Below are positions 52,604 through 61,787 of a stretch of 64,000 nucleotides of DNA, in pieces. Position 1 is the stretch's first letter, and each line of letters opens with the position of its first letter. The stretch is taken from NCBI GenBank assembly GCA_963768655.1, contig CAVYIM010000004.1:704001-768000 (forward strand), written 5' to 3'. The translations under genes and the position numbers were made by a program. Origin of the DNA: an uncultured Chloroflexia bacterium (lineage in GTDB: Bacteria > Chloroflexota > Limnocylindria > Limnocylindrales > CSP1-4). A model generated the notes under the pieces. That model saw only the letters and a program-made list of their open reading frames with translations, was not told the origin of the DNA and did not search any database.

Positions 52604-54168
52604 GCCAATGCCTCCTTCTGAGTCGCAACCCCATCGCTGCCCCCCGTGGCCATCAACAGGCCAACTTCGCTCTTGTCCGCGGTGCGTCCATCCAGCTCGG
52701 CCACCACTCGGCCGCGGTACATCACGACAATTCGGTCGGACATCTCCATGACCTCGTCGAGTTCGGCCGAGACCAGGAGCACGGCGGTACCCGCGTCGCG
52801 CTTGGCGATGATCTGGCGGTGAATGAACTCGATGCTGCCGACGTCCAGACCGCGTGTGGGCTGGTCAAGAATGAGCATCTTCAGCTCCCGGTCGAACTCC
52901 CGGGCTACGACCACCTTCTGCTGGTTCCCGCCCGAGAGAGTCGATGACCGCGCACTGGCCGACGGCGTACGAATGTCAAAGCGCTCGACCTGGGCGGCTG
53001 CGGACTCGAAGATGGCCGAATCGTTGCGCAGCGGGCCACGAGCGAAGGGCCGACGGTAGTAGCTGGTCAGAACCAGGTTGTCGTAGACCGGGAACGACAG
53101 GATCAAGCCGAAACGATGTCGGTCGCCCGGGACGTAGCCGACACCGGCTTCGTTCATCCGTCGCGGCGACAGACCCGTGACGTCACGACCCATCAACGTG
53201 ACCTTTCCACCCAGCGACCGTCGCAGGCCGATCAGGGCCTGGACCAGCTCGTCCTGGCCGTTGCCCGCGACGCCGGCCACGCCCAGGATCTCGCCGGCCC
53301 TTATTTCGAAGCTGACATCGGGGACGACTTCGTGATGGCGATCGTCCGCGACACGCAGTCCCTCGACCGTCAGGACAGGCTCGCCGGGATGCGACTCGCC
53401 TCGGTCTACGGTCAGCTCGACTTCGCGGCCGACCATCAACGCGGCGAGCTCCTCCTCCGTGGTTTCGCCGGGTCTCCTCTCGGCGATCACGCGGCCCCGA
53501 CGGATGACGGTGATTCTGTCGGCCACCTCCAGGACTTCGTAGAGCTTGTGGCTGATGAACACGATCGAACGCCCGTCGGCGGCCAGGCGTCGAAGCAGGG
53601 CGAAGATCTCTCCTGTCTCACCGGGCGTCAGAACCGCTGTCGGCTCGTCGAGGACCAGGATCCGGGCGTCTCGATAGAGCGCCTTGAGGATCTCGACTCG
53701 CTGTTGCAGTCCGACCGACAACGAGCCCACCTTCACGTCCGGGTCCAGGTTGAAGCCGAAGCGCGCGGCCAGGGCCGCGATCCGTTTGCTCGCCTCCCGT
53801 CGATCCACGAACACGGGGTTGGACATCGTCTCGCAGCCAAGGATCACGTTCTCGGCGACCGTCAGAACTGGCACCAGCATGAAGTGCTGATGGACCATGC
53901 TGATCCCCCGGGCGATCGCATCGGAGGGCCCGGCTATCTGCACCGTCTGGCCATCGATCAGGATCCGGCCCTCGTCCGGGCGAGCCAGCCCGTACAGCAC
54001 GTTCATGAGGGTCGTCTTGCCCGCGCCGTTCTCGCCCAGGAGGGCGTGGATCTCGCCTCGCCGAACGTCGAGGTCGATATGGTCGTTGGCCACGACGCCG
54101 GGGTAACGCTTGGTTATGCCCCGCATCTCCAGGGCTGGGGCGTTGCCGCCTTGGGCGACCTCGGACAT
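52600..54168 (-). CDS. Nucleoside/sugar ABC transporter ATPase (NupA-like, tandem NBDs)
   Basis: GENGAGKTT, MVHQHF, DEPTAVLTP, LSGGNQQK and QPTRGLDVG motifs. Confidence 0.95.
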   Translation of the reverse strand: MSEVAQGGNAPALEMRGITKRYPGVVANDHIDLDVRRGEIHALLGENGAGKTTLMNVLYGLARPDEGRILIDGQTVQIAGPSDAIARGISMVHQHFMLVPVLTVAENVILGCETMSNPVFVDRREASKRIAALAARFGFNLDPDVKVGSLSVGLQQRVEILKALYRDARILVLDEPTAVLTPGETGEIFALLRRLAADGRSIVFISHKLYEVLEVADRITVIRRGRVIAERRPGETTEEELAALMVGREVELTVDRGESHPGEPVLTVEGLRVADDRHHEVVPDVSFEIRAGEILGVAGVAGNGQDELVQALIGLRRSLGGKVTLMGRDVTGLSPRRMNEAGVGYVPGDRHRFGLILSFPVYDNLVLTSYYRRPFARGPLRNDSAIFESAAAQVERFDIRTPSASARSSTLSGGNQQKVVVAREFDRELKMLILDQPTRGLDVGSIEFIHRQIIAKRDAGTAVLLVSAELDEVMEMSDRIVVMYRGRVVAELDGRTADKSEVGLLMATGGSDGVATQKEALA

Positions 54169-54267
54169 GGCTTCCTCGATAGGCCGCAGACCGGCCGGAT
54201 GCAATGAGCGGGCCGCGCCGTCAGGGCACGACCCGCTCGAGGGTGTACTGGTGCTACCTGGACTCGA

Positions 54268-55488
54268 CTACTGACCGGACCAGGTGCCGCACTTGGCGGG
54301 GCACGTCGTAAGCGTGCCCGCCTTCATGCCGGCCAGCGCGGCGTCGAGCTTGCCCTGGAGGTCGGACGGGAACGTCACCGACGTATTCTCGTTGAGGGGC
54401 GCGTAGCCGACGCCGTTGTTGGCGGCGTTGAACTTCGCGATGCCGTCTTTGACGATCGTCCCGTTGGTGATCGTCCCATTGGCGATCGCGGTGACCGTCT
54501 GGTTCACGGCGGCAGAGACATTCTTCTCGGCCGACGTGACGATGCACTTGTCGGCGCTCGGGTAGGTCTGGAACTCGTCCACATCCACGCCGATGCCGTA
54601 GATGCCGGCAGCGCAGGCCGCGTCGAGGGCCCCGTTACCGGTGCTGCCCGCGACCTGGAAGAGAACGTCGACACCCTGCTGCTTGATGAACTGCGTGCTG
54701 TAGGTCTTGCCCCAGACGGGGTCGCCGTAGGCCTTGGTCAGGTCGCCGGTCGAGAACCAGCCGGTCTTGACCTTGATGCTGGGGTTGTAGGAGGCGGCGC
54801 CAAGCTCGTAGCCCTGCATGTAGCGGACGACGGCCGGGTTGTTGTCGATGCCGCCGATCTGGCCGACGACGCCGGTCTTGCTCACGGCTGCGGCGACGAT
54901 GCCCGCGAGGTAGCCCGCCTGGTCCTCTTCGAACTGGATCCCGATCAGCTTGGGCAGCAGCGTGGCCGCGTCGCCCTTGCAGGCAAACGTGTCGTCGGGT
55001 GCGCCGGTCGCGTCCACGCACGGGGCCACGTCGACCGCGATGAACCAGATGTTGGGGTTGGCCTTGGCGGCGGTGACAGTGGCATCGCCCAGGTTGAAGC
55101 CCACCGTCACGATGATGTTGTAGTTCTGGTCCACGAACCCCTGGATGTCCTTGGTGTAGTCCGAGGCATCGGCCGGGACCGCGACATTGACGGTGGCGCC
55201 CAGAGCCGTGGCGGCTGCCTTGGCGCCTTCATACGAGTACTGGTTGAAGGTGTGGTCGGTGACCGAGCCGACATCTGTGACCACGCCGATCTTGAGATTC
55301 GAACTCGGCGCGGCGGTCGGCGCGGTCGTCGGGGCAGCGGTCGGCGCGGTCGTCGGGGCGGCGGTCGGCGCCATCGACGGGGCGGCGGTCGGCGCGGCAG
55401 TCGGCGCCGGGGTTGCAGTAGAGCTGCAGGCCGCCACCAATGCGGCTGTGGCAAGCAGCGCGAACGCTGTCCTGAGCTTTCCGGTCAT
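54268..55488 (-). CDS. BMP-family nucleoside-binding lipoprotein
   Basis: VAAC lipobox and (TAAP)n linker; VTDVGSVTDHTFNQ, EDQAGYLAG, IGVDVD and TSAEK motifs. Confidence 0.93.
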   Translation of the reverse strand: MTGKLRTAFALLATAALVAACSSTATPAPTAAPTAAPSMAPTAAPTTAPTAAPTTAPTAAPSSNLKIGVVTDVGSVTDHTFNQYSYEGAKAAATALGATVNVAVPADASDYTKDIQGFVDQNYNIIVTVGFNLGDATVTAAKANPNIWFIAVDVAPCVDATGAPDDTFACKGDAATLLPKLIGIQFEEDQAGYLAGIVAAAVSKTGVVGQIGGIDNNPAVVRYMQGYELGAASYNPSIKVKTGWFSTGDLTKAYGDPVWGKTYSTQFIKQQGVDVLFQVAGSTGNGALDAACAAGIYGIGVDVDEFQTYPSADKCIVTSAEKNVSAAVNQTVTAIANGTITNGTIVKDGIAKFNAANNGVGYAPLNENTSVTFPSDLQGKLDAALAGMKAGTLTTCPAKCGTWSGQ

Positions 55489-55644
55489 CTGACCCTCCCT
55501 GTGGTCGGAACGACTGAGGTTCTTGGGCGAACCTCCTCTATGCAGATTGTATAGCGGCCCGGCCGCGGTCCGCCGTCAGGACTGCCGGAGGCCGGCGATC
55601 GGTTGCTTGATGCCGAACGGCCCCGGGTATGCCATGCTCGATGC

Positions 55645-57762
55645 ATGGATGCTGTCGTGGTCCTGTTCATCGGCGTCCTTGCCTCCCTGCTGGGCTGGGC
55701 TCTCGCGGTGGCGGTATCGCGTGGGCGCACGCTGGAGCGCCTGCGCGACGCAACGGGCGCGATGGACACCGATGATGTCGAGCGGCGGGTCCGGGACGCC
55801 CTTGAACGGGCCGATGATGCCCGCTGGGAGGCCGGGCAGACGCTCCATGACACCGACTACCTGACGGAGCTCCTCACAGCCGGCGTCGTACGACTTCGGG
55901 ACGACCTCACCGTCCAGTTCGCCAACGGGGCCGCCCACGTGATGCTGGAACGGCGCCCGGGCACGATGGCCGGCCGATCGGCATTGGAGGCCTTCGTCGA
56001 CGCTCGAATCGAGGGCATAGCCCGAGCGGCTATGGAACTCGGATCGGCCAACGGCGAACTCACGATCCGTTCCAGCGGCGGCCCTACGGTCGCCGTCCGC
56101 GCCCGCCGCTCGCCGGTGTCGGGAGTGTGGCTGGTCCTGGAGGATGTCTCCGAGTTGCGGCGCCTCCAGAGGATCCGAGCGGAGTTCATCGACAACCTCT
56201 CGCACGAGCTGCGAACGCCGCTGACGACGATCAGCCTGCTGGCGGAAACGGCCGCCCGGGAGGCCGAGACGGCTACACCCCGACTGCGCGACCGCATCGC
56301 CAAGATCGAGGTCGAGACCGGGCACCTGACGCAGATGGTCAACGAGCTGCTCGACCTGACGCGCATCGAGAGCGGCACGGCCCAGCTGCTGCTGGACGAC
56401 GTGGACATGATCCGGCTGGTCCGGTCCACGGCTGAACGGCTGCGGCTCTTCGCCGAGCGGCAGGGCCTGCAGATCGCGCTGGAATTGCCGGACCGCGTTT
56501 CGCCGGTTCGCGGCGACGAGGATCGGCTGGGCCAGGTCCTGGTAAATCTGCTCCACAACGCCGTCAAGTTCAGCCCCAACGGCGGCACGATCGTCGTCGG
56601 CATGTCCGAGACCGCAGACGAAGTCACGGTCTGGGTCCGCGATCCCGGCATCGGCGTTCCGCGGGCCGATCTGACCCGCATATTCGAACGGTTCTACAAG
56701 GTCGACCGGGCGCGCGCCCGGGGCCGCGGAGGCACAGGCCTGGGTCTGTCCATCGCCCGGCACGTCGTCAACGCGCATGGTGGCCGCATCTGGGTGGAGT
56801 CGGAGGAGGGCCAGGGCTCGAAGTTCTCGTTCACAATTCCGGCCGCGCCCGGTGTTCCGACAGCGCCCGGTGAGACTTCCCCTGGCAGGGAGTTGCTCCA
56901 ACAGGCAACGGCATCGCCCAGGGCTGAGCCACCGCCTCCCGGCCATCGGCGGCGTGTCCGGTCTGCCCGCCTACGGGTTGAGATCTTCGACCGCACCGGT
57001 CGAGAGGAACACGACCTCCTCGGCGATGTTCGTGACTCGGTCGCCGATCCGCTCGAAGTGTTTGGCCGCGAACAGCAGGTGAGCGCCGGACTCGACCCAG
57101 CCGGGCTCGCCCCGCATCCGTTCGAGCGTGCGATCGAAGTAGGCGTGGTACAGCCGGTCGATGTCGTCATCCTGGGACGCGACCTTGCGGGCGGCCTCCG
57201 CGTCGAGGTCCACCAGTGCCAGCAGCACGCCATGCAGGATCGCGCTGGCCAGTTCGCCCATCCGGTCCAGGCCCGCAGCGCCACTGGCCCGCCTGCCATC
57301 GATTTCGCTCGCGACCAGTTTGGCGACCTGACGGGCCACGCCCGCCGCGTGGTCCCCGATGCGCTCCAGCTCGTACGTGACGTGGTACAGCGAGACCAGA
57401 AACTGCAGGTCACCGGCTACGGGGGACTGAGTGGCGATCGTCGTGATGATCAGCGACGTCAGCTCCGTCTGGGCGAGATTGATCGCGGCGTCGTTGGCCA
57501 CGACTGCGGCGGCCGCCTGCAGGTCTCTGCGCGACAGGGCGCCGATGGCCCCGTCGATGGCCGTGGCCACGAGCTCGCCCATGCGCACCACGCCGCCGCG
57601 AACCTGTTGCAGCTCGCTGTCGAAGACGTCCCGGTGACCATGAGCGACGAAGCGATCGCTGTCCTGCACACCCGACCCCAAGACCCTGGGCGAGGCGTCG
57701 GCCGGCGGGATTGCGGGTGCAATGAGATGCCGCACGGGGACGCTTACTGGCCGAAAGCATAG
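55645..57762 (+). CDS. PhoR/SenX3-like sensor histidine kinase (conserved domains end near 56845; the open frame runs antisense into phoU2)
   Basis: TM, PAS, FIDNLSHELRTPL, NLLHNAVKF and FERFYKVD...GGTGLGLSI motifs. Confidence 0.88.
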   Translation: MDAVVVLFIGVLASLLGWALAVAVSRGRTLERLRDATGAMDTDDVERRVRDALERADDARWEAGQTLHDTDYLTELLTAGVVRLRDDLTVQFANGAAHVMLERRPGTMAGRSALEAFVDARIEGIARAAMELGSANGELTIRSSGGPTVAVRARRSPVSGVWLVLEDVSELRRLQRIRAEFIDNLSHELRTPLTTISLLAETAAREAETATPRLRDRIAKIEVETGHLTQMVNELLDLTRIESGTAQLLLDDVDMIRLVRSTAERLRLFAERQGLQIALELPDRVSPVRGDEDRLGQVLVNLLHNAVKFSPNGGTIVVGMSETADEVTVWVRDPGIGVPRADLTRIFERFYKVDRARARGRGGTGLGLSIARHVVNAHGGRIWVESEEGQGSKFSFTIPAAPGVPTAPGETSPGRELLQQATASPRAEPPPPGHRRRVRSARLRVEIFDRTGREEHDLLGDVRDSVADPLEVFGREQQVSAGLDPAGLAPHPFERAIEVGVVQPVDVVILGRDLAGGLRVEVHQCQQHAMQDRAGQFAHPVQARSATGPPAIDFARDQFGDLTGHARRVVPDALQLVRDVVQRDQKLQVTGYGGLSGDRRDDQRRQLRLGEIDRGVVGHDCGGRLQVSARQGADGPVDGRGHELAHAHHAAANLLQLAVEDVPVTMSDEAIAVLHTRPQDPGRGVGRRDCGCNEMPHGDAYWPKA

Positions 57763-57801
57763 CGTTGTCGATGCGGTCGAAGGACTTCGTCCGGCGCGCA
57801 T
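56971..57801 (-). CDS. phoU: Second PhoU paralogue (start uncertain, possibly 57669)
   Basis: TQSPVAGDL, ELERIGDHA, DDDID and [12 protein letters not shown] motifs. Confidence 0.9.
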   Translation of the reverse strand: MRAGRSPSTASTTLCFRPVSVPVRHLIAPAIPPADASPRVLGSGVQDSDRFVAHGHRDVFDSELQQVRGGVVRMGELVATAIDGAIGALSRRDLQAAAAVVANDAAINLAQTELTSLIITTIATQSPVAGDLQFLVSLYHVTYELERIGDHAAGVARQVAKLVASEIDGRRASGAAGLDRMGELASAILHGVLLALVDLDAEAARKVASQDDDIDRLYHAYFDRTLERMRGEPGWVESGAHLLFAAKHFERIGDRVTNIAEEVVFLSTGAVEDLNP

Positions 57802-57817
57802 GCTCGTGGCTGGAGAG

Positions 57818-58018
57818 TTACGCGTCAGGTGCGCCCAGGAGCTCCAGGATGGCGCAATACGAGAGGTTCGTCCGGCGCGAGATCAGCGTGGCGACACGGC
57901 GCGGGTTGCGCCGGACCCGGCCGGGACGGGGATACTCGAGGCGAGGCCACAGCGCCAGGGCCCGGGCGTAGTAGTCGGGGGCGGGCGGTGGGGGCGTTCC
58001 GTCTACGGAGCTATTCAT
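57818..58018 (-). CDS. Small hypothetical protein (66 aa; weak CsbD-like pattern)
   Basis: Overlaps the upstream ORF stop by 8 nt; GAGGA RBS. Confidence 0.55.
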   Translation of the reverse strand: MNSSVDGTPPPPAPDYYARALALWPRLEYPRPGRVRRNPRRVATLISRRTNLSYCAILELLGAPDA

Positions 58019-58286
58019 CCATCCTCACTACCTCCAGCTCGTCGTCCGTATCCCCGGCCGATCTGTCAGACTCGAGCTCCAGCCAGCGCATGGCGTAGGC
58101 AAGGTCGAGAACCTCCGCGGCAGAGCCGGCAGCAAGGACCGGCGTCGCGAGCCGGCACAGCGACTCACGTCGATACGACTCCAGTAGAGCCACGCGGCTT
58201 CTGATTGGCTCGAGCTGAGCCCGAACGAGAGCGACACGGTCGGCCAGCGCCGGTGTGGCCACCGACTCCATTTCGACTGGCGGCAT
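58011..58286 (-). CDS. Small hypothetical protein (91 aa)
   Basis: AAGGAGG RBS; first gene after a Pho-box-like promoter. Confidence 0.6.
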   Translation of the reverse strand: MPPVEMESVATPALADRVALVRAQLEPIRSRVALLESYRRESLCRLATPVLAAGSAAEVLDLAYAMRWLELESDRSAGDTDDELEVVRMDE

Positions 58287-58352
58287 CGTCGATAGGCCTC
58301 CTTCTCCACCGGGCGCGGCTGGCGACGCGTGTCCGATCGGTGGACGAGGCCG

Positions 58353-58396
58353 AGCGTGGCCGGGGTTGTTGATCGGCCCGTGAACCGTGCGTTAAC
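58353..58396 (-). promoter_or_regulatory. Putative Pho-box promoter of orf91-orf66-phoU2
   Basis: Minus strand: GTTAAC-N5-GTTCAC-N5-GATCAA-N10-CACGCT. Confidence 0.7.
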
Positions 58397-58509
58397 GCGA
58401 CGTCATATCGCGCCCGACTTGGAGGCGGCGAGCAGGACGGCCCCAGCCTGCCTGGCGCTCACCCGGCGGGCAGGCAGGCCGCTCAGTATTGGATGTCGGC
58501 CGGCCAGAG

Positions 58510-59181
58510 CTAGCGGGCGGTGCGGCTGACCAGCTTGTAGAGCGCGGCGCCGCAGCTCGGGCAGGTTCCGGACAGCGCCGCCCCTCCGTTGGCGGTGACG
58601 ACAGGCTTTGGTTCCACCATCTGGACGCGCTTCTTCTCGCGCAGGCAGTAGGCTTCGATGGGCTGCTCGACAGAGGATGCCGGCGCGGCCTCGGCCCTCG
58701 GAGCGCGGCTCCTGGCGGTGGCCTTCGCCTTGGCCTCGGTGGTAGGCGCTGCCACCTTCGGGTCGGCCGCAGCCTTCGCGGCAGCCCGGCCAGCGGCCGC
58801 CTTGCCGTTCGAACGAGGCTCCGGCGCCGGCTTGGTGGCCGGGTTCGTCCCCGGCTTGGGCGCTTTCGCCGCTTTGCCCGGAACGGGCGAAGACGATGTC
58901 TTGACCGCGTCGAGGGTGGCCTCGAGGCGCTGCCGGCGCCAGCGCGCTTTCTCCAGTCTCCGAACTCGCTTCGCTTCTGCTCGGGCTGCGTCGGCCAGCT
59001 GCCGCTCGAGCCGCCGAAGCTGCTTGCGGGCCTTGCCGTCTGCTCTGGGCTTCGCCTCGGGAACCGACCCGGCCGCGGGAGTCTCGGCGGGCCCGGAGGT
59101 CCCGGTCTCGGACTTCACGCCGGCAGCGTCCGGCTTGGCCTGCTTCGACTTGCGAACGCGACGCTTGGCCATCGAGAGCAT
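58510..59181 (-). CDS. Basic Lys/Ala/Pro-rich protein with a C-terminal DUF5679-like zinc-ribbon domain
   Basis: EAYCLRE...GTCPSCGAALYK C-terminus, a coiled coil and histone-like low-complexity tracts. Confidence 0.75.
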   Translation of the reverse strand: MLSMAKRRVRKSKQAKPDAAGVKSETGTSGPAETPAAGSVPEAKPRADGKARKQLRRLERQLADAARAEAKRVRRLEKARWRRQRLEATLDAVKTSSSPVPGKAAKAPKPGTNPATKPAPEPRSNGKAAAGRAAAKAAADPKVAAPTTEAKAKATARSRAPRAEAAPASSVEQPIEAYCLREKKRVQMVEPKPVVTANGGAALSGTCPSCGAALYKLVSRTAR

Positions 59182-59420
59182 CTCCCCGTTATCGTCACGA
59201 CGGCGGCGCGCACTCGACTCCGGTGCGCCTGCGACGTCCGGGCGCAATAGTGCCACCACGTCGGGCTGCCGTACATACGTGCGCTTCGAGTCCGTGGTTC
59301 CAGGGGGAGCGGGCCGGCCGCCTCCCGCGCTCCGGCGGCCCGTCGCTCAGGCCTTCCGCGCCGCCGTCGCTCCGGCGCTCCTCGCCGGAGCGGCCGCCGG
59401 CCGCGCCCTCAGCCGCGCCC

Positions 59421-59921
59421 TCAGCCCCGCGCAGTCAGAAGATCGGGCGGGAGGAGCCAGCGGAGCACTCCGCCTCCAGGCTCGAGTGGACGCGTCAGAT
59501 CGATACGAACCAGGGCGCCCTTTCGAACTGGCAGTTCGGCGACTCCGATCAGCAGGGCCGCCAGCTCGCCGAAATCCGGGTCGTGGCCGACCAGCATCGG
59601 CCGCGCCGGATCCCCGGCCCCGGCCAGCAGAGCCTCCAGCGAGGCCATGTCCAGCCCGCCTGCCAGCACATCGTCCACCCTGACCGGCAGGCCGAGTGGC
59701 GCCGCCACGAGCCTGGCCGTCTCGAGAGCCCGCGTCTTGGGGGAGCTGACGATGGCGTCGGGCGCGAAGCCGGCGGCGGCGAGAAAGAGGCCCAGGCGCT
59801 CGGCCTGGAGGCGGCCCCTCTCGGAGAGCGGCCGGACGTCATCGGGCCCGGACCACTTGAGCGGGTCGCCGGCGTGGGCGTGGCGCAGGAGATGCAGCTG
59901 GATCTCGGAGCGGGCGTTCAC
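59421..59921 (-). CDS. sixA: SixA-like histidine phosphatase
   Basis: LLRHAHA, DDVRPLS, SSPKTRALETA and LVGHDPD motifs. Confidence 0.88.
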   Translation of the reverse strand: MNARSEIQLHLLRHAHAGDPLKWSGPDDVRPLSERGRLQAERLGLFLAAAGFAPDAIVSSPKTRALETARLVAAPLGLPVRVDDVLAGGLDMASLEALLAGAGDPARPMLVGHDPDFGELAALLIGVAELPVRKGALVRIDLTRPLEPGGGVLRWLLPPDLLTARG

Positions 59922-59990
59922 CGCCGGATCATCGCACCGGAGCCGGGTCGCCGCGAATCGGCGACGCCCCCTGCCGCCGAGGGGCTCCTG

Positions 59991-61763
59991 CTATAGCGCA
60001 GCAGTCGCTCGGCCAAGAGCTCGCCGGAAGGGGGCTCCCGCGACCGCGCGCCAGACCGGCCCGAGCGCCCGGCGGCGGCGCGCGAGCTCGCGCTCGCGCG
60101 AGTGGAGGTATGCGCCGATGGCCTCCGTCTCTGCTCGCGACAGTTCCCCGGCACGGGCCACCAGGACGTCGCGGGCCAGCTTGGCCGCGACGTCGGCGTC
60201 GTGCAGGCAGCCCAGGAAGTCCTGCAGGGCGACAACCCGCTCGAGAAGCCGATCCGAATCCCGGCCCAGCGTCTCGCCGAAGAACTCCAGGTCGTAGCGC
60301 AGCCACTTGGTCGCGATCCGCAGCTGATGGAGCGTCTCGACGTCCGCCCAGGGCAGCACCAGCTCGAACGCCCGGACCGCTTCGTAGGCGGCCCAGATTT
60401 GCGACGGGACGCGGTCCCTGATGCGATGGGGCAGAGTGGGGGAGGCGACGTTCGCGGCCTCGTTGGCGCCGGCGTCGAGGAATTCCTTCATCTCGTCGAG
60501 GAATTCCGCGTAGCGGCCGGAGTCCAGCTCGTCGACAAGCAGATCTCTGTCCGTGCTGCGCTGGCGGCGCCAGAGTGCCAGCAGGGGCTCCAGGCCCGGC
60601 TGCTGTTCCGGATCCAGGCCCCGCCGGTACGTCTCGAGGCCGTCGATCAACACGTCCAGATCTCGGACCGCGCCCAGGCGATCGGCCAGGATCCGCAGCC
60701 GGCGGCGCAGCTTCCGGGTCTTGCCCGGCTTGAAGGCGTCGTCGAAGACGCGCCATGCGGCGCGCATCCGTCGAGTGGCCACGCGCATGTCGTGGAGATC
60801 CTCCAGGTCCGATCCTTCGCGCGTACCGCGCTCCTTTGCCCGCATCCGGGCAAAGTTGTACTTGATCACCTTGCGGGCGGCCTCCGGCAGGCTGTCGTCG
60901 GGAAGGACCCCGATGGCCCGCGGCCCGTTCGCGTGAGCGGGCGCGGAGACGCGCTCAAGTTGAGGAGAGGTCGAGACGTCTGTGGATGACGTCTCGGGAG
61001 CCGTTTCGGCGGGCGGGGCCGTCTCTTCCGCACTCATTCGAGCTTCGGCCCGCGAGCGTCCCCGGCGGCCGCCGAGGAGTGCCGGCGGCGCCTCCAGCCA
61101 GTGCTGGTGGACTTCTTCCGGCAACGTGGGGAGCGCCTTGCGGACGGCCCGGATCGCCCGGTCCAGCTTGGATCGGGACGATCGGCGCAGGCCCTCGTCT
61201 CGATCGAGGATCTCGCCGACGGCCTGCAGCTGCTCCTCCGACCCGGCGTCCAGCTCCACTTCGAGCTCGTCGAAACGGTCGAGGGTCCGGTCGCCGACGA
61301 GCACTTCCACCGCGTCGACGCTGAGGTCGGCGGTCGTCTCAGCGGCTGCGAGCCGGCGGATTCGGCGCACCTGGCGGATCGTCAGCAGCTCCACCAGGGG
61401 GGCGTCGCCGCAATGCTCCAGAACGACCGAGCGGGCCGGCGAGGCAGGCCAGCTCGCCGGCGGCGCGCCGGCGTCCGCCGGCCCTTCGAGTTCCTCGCGA
61501 CGGTGCAGCCGGCCCTCCGGCGTGGCCCCGCGCTTGAGGCCGATGACGGTCTCTCCTCCGGTCCGTCGGAGCCTGGCGGCGAAACCTGCCCTGGTGAGGG
61601 CCCAGTCCGCCGAGTCGAGATAACGATCCTCTACCTGCACGATGCGGACCTGACCGGCCGGCTTGAACGGTCCCAGCTCGGGAGCCACCAGATAGCGATC
61701 GGCACTGTCAGGTGACCTGAGCTGATACTTCATCTCGACCTCGACCTTCCGCCCCGAAACCAT
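59991..61763 (-). CDS. CYTH (triphosphate tunnel) plus CHAD polyphosphate-binding protein
   Basis: EVEMKY and ELEVEL (CYTH); LHDMRVATRRMRA, RDLDV, LHQLRIATKWLRY and LQDFLGCLHD (CHAD). Confidence 0.92.
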   Translation of the reverse strand: MVSGRKVEVEMKYQLRSPDSADRYLVAPELGPFKPAGQVRIVQVEDRYLDSADWALTRAGFAARLRRTGGETVIGLKRGATPEGRLHRREELEGPADAGAPPASWPASPARSVVLEHCGDAPLVELLTIRQVRRIRRLAAAETTADLSVDAVEVLVGDRTLDRFDELEVELDAGSEEQLQAVGEILDRDEGLRRSSRSKLDRAIRAVRKALPTLPEEVHQHWLEAPPALLGGRRGRSRAEARMSAEETAPPAETAPETSSTDVSTSPQLERVSAPAHANGPRAIGVLPDDSLPEAARKVIKYNFARMRAKERGTREGSDLEDLHDMRVATRRMRAAWRVFDDAFKPGKTRKLRRRLRILADRLGAVRDLDVLIDGLETYRRGLDPEQQPGLEPLLALWRRQRSTDRDLLVDELDSGRYAEFLDEMKEFLDAGANEAANVASPTLPHRIRDRVPSQIWAAYEAVRAFELVLPWADVETLHQLRIATKWLRYDLEFFGETLGRDSDRLLERVVALQDFLGCLHDADVAAKLARDVLVARAGELSRAETEAIGAYLHSRERELARRRRALGPVWRAVAGAPFRRALGRATAAL

Positions 61764-61787
61764 CTGGCTGCCACCCCCGGATAGAGA

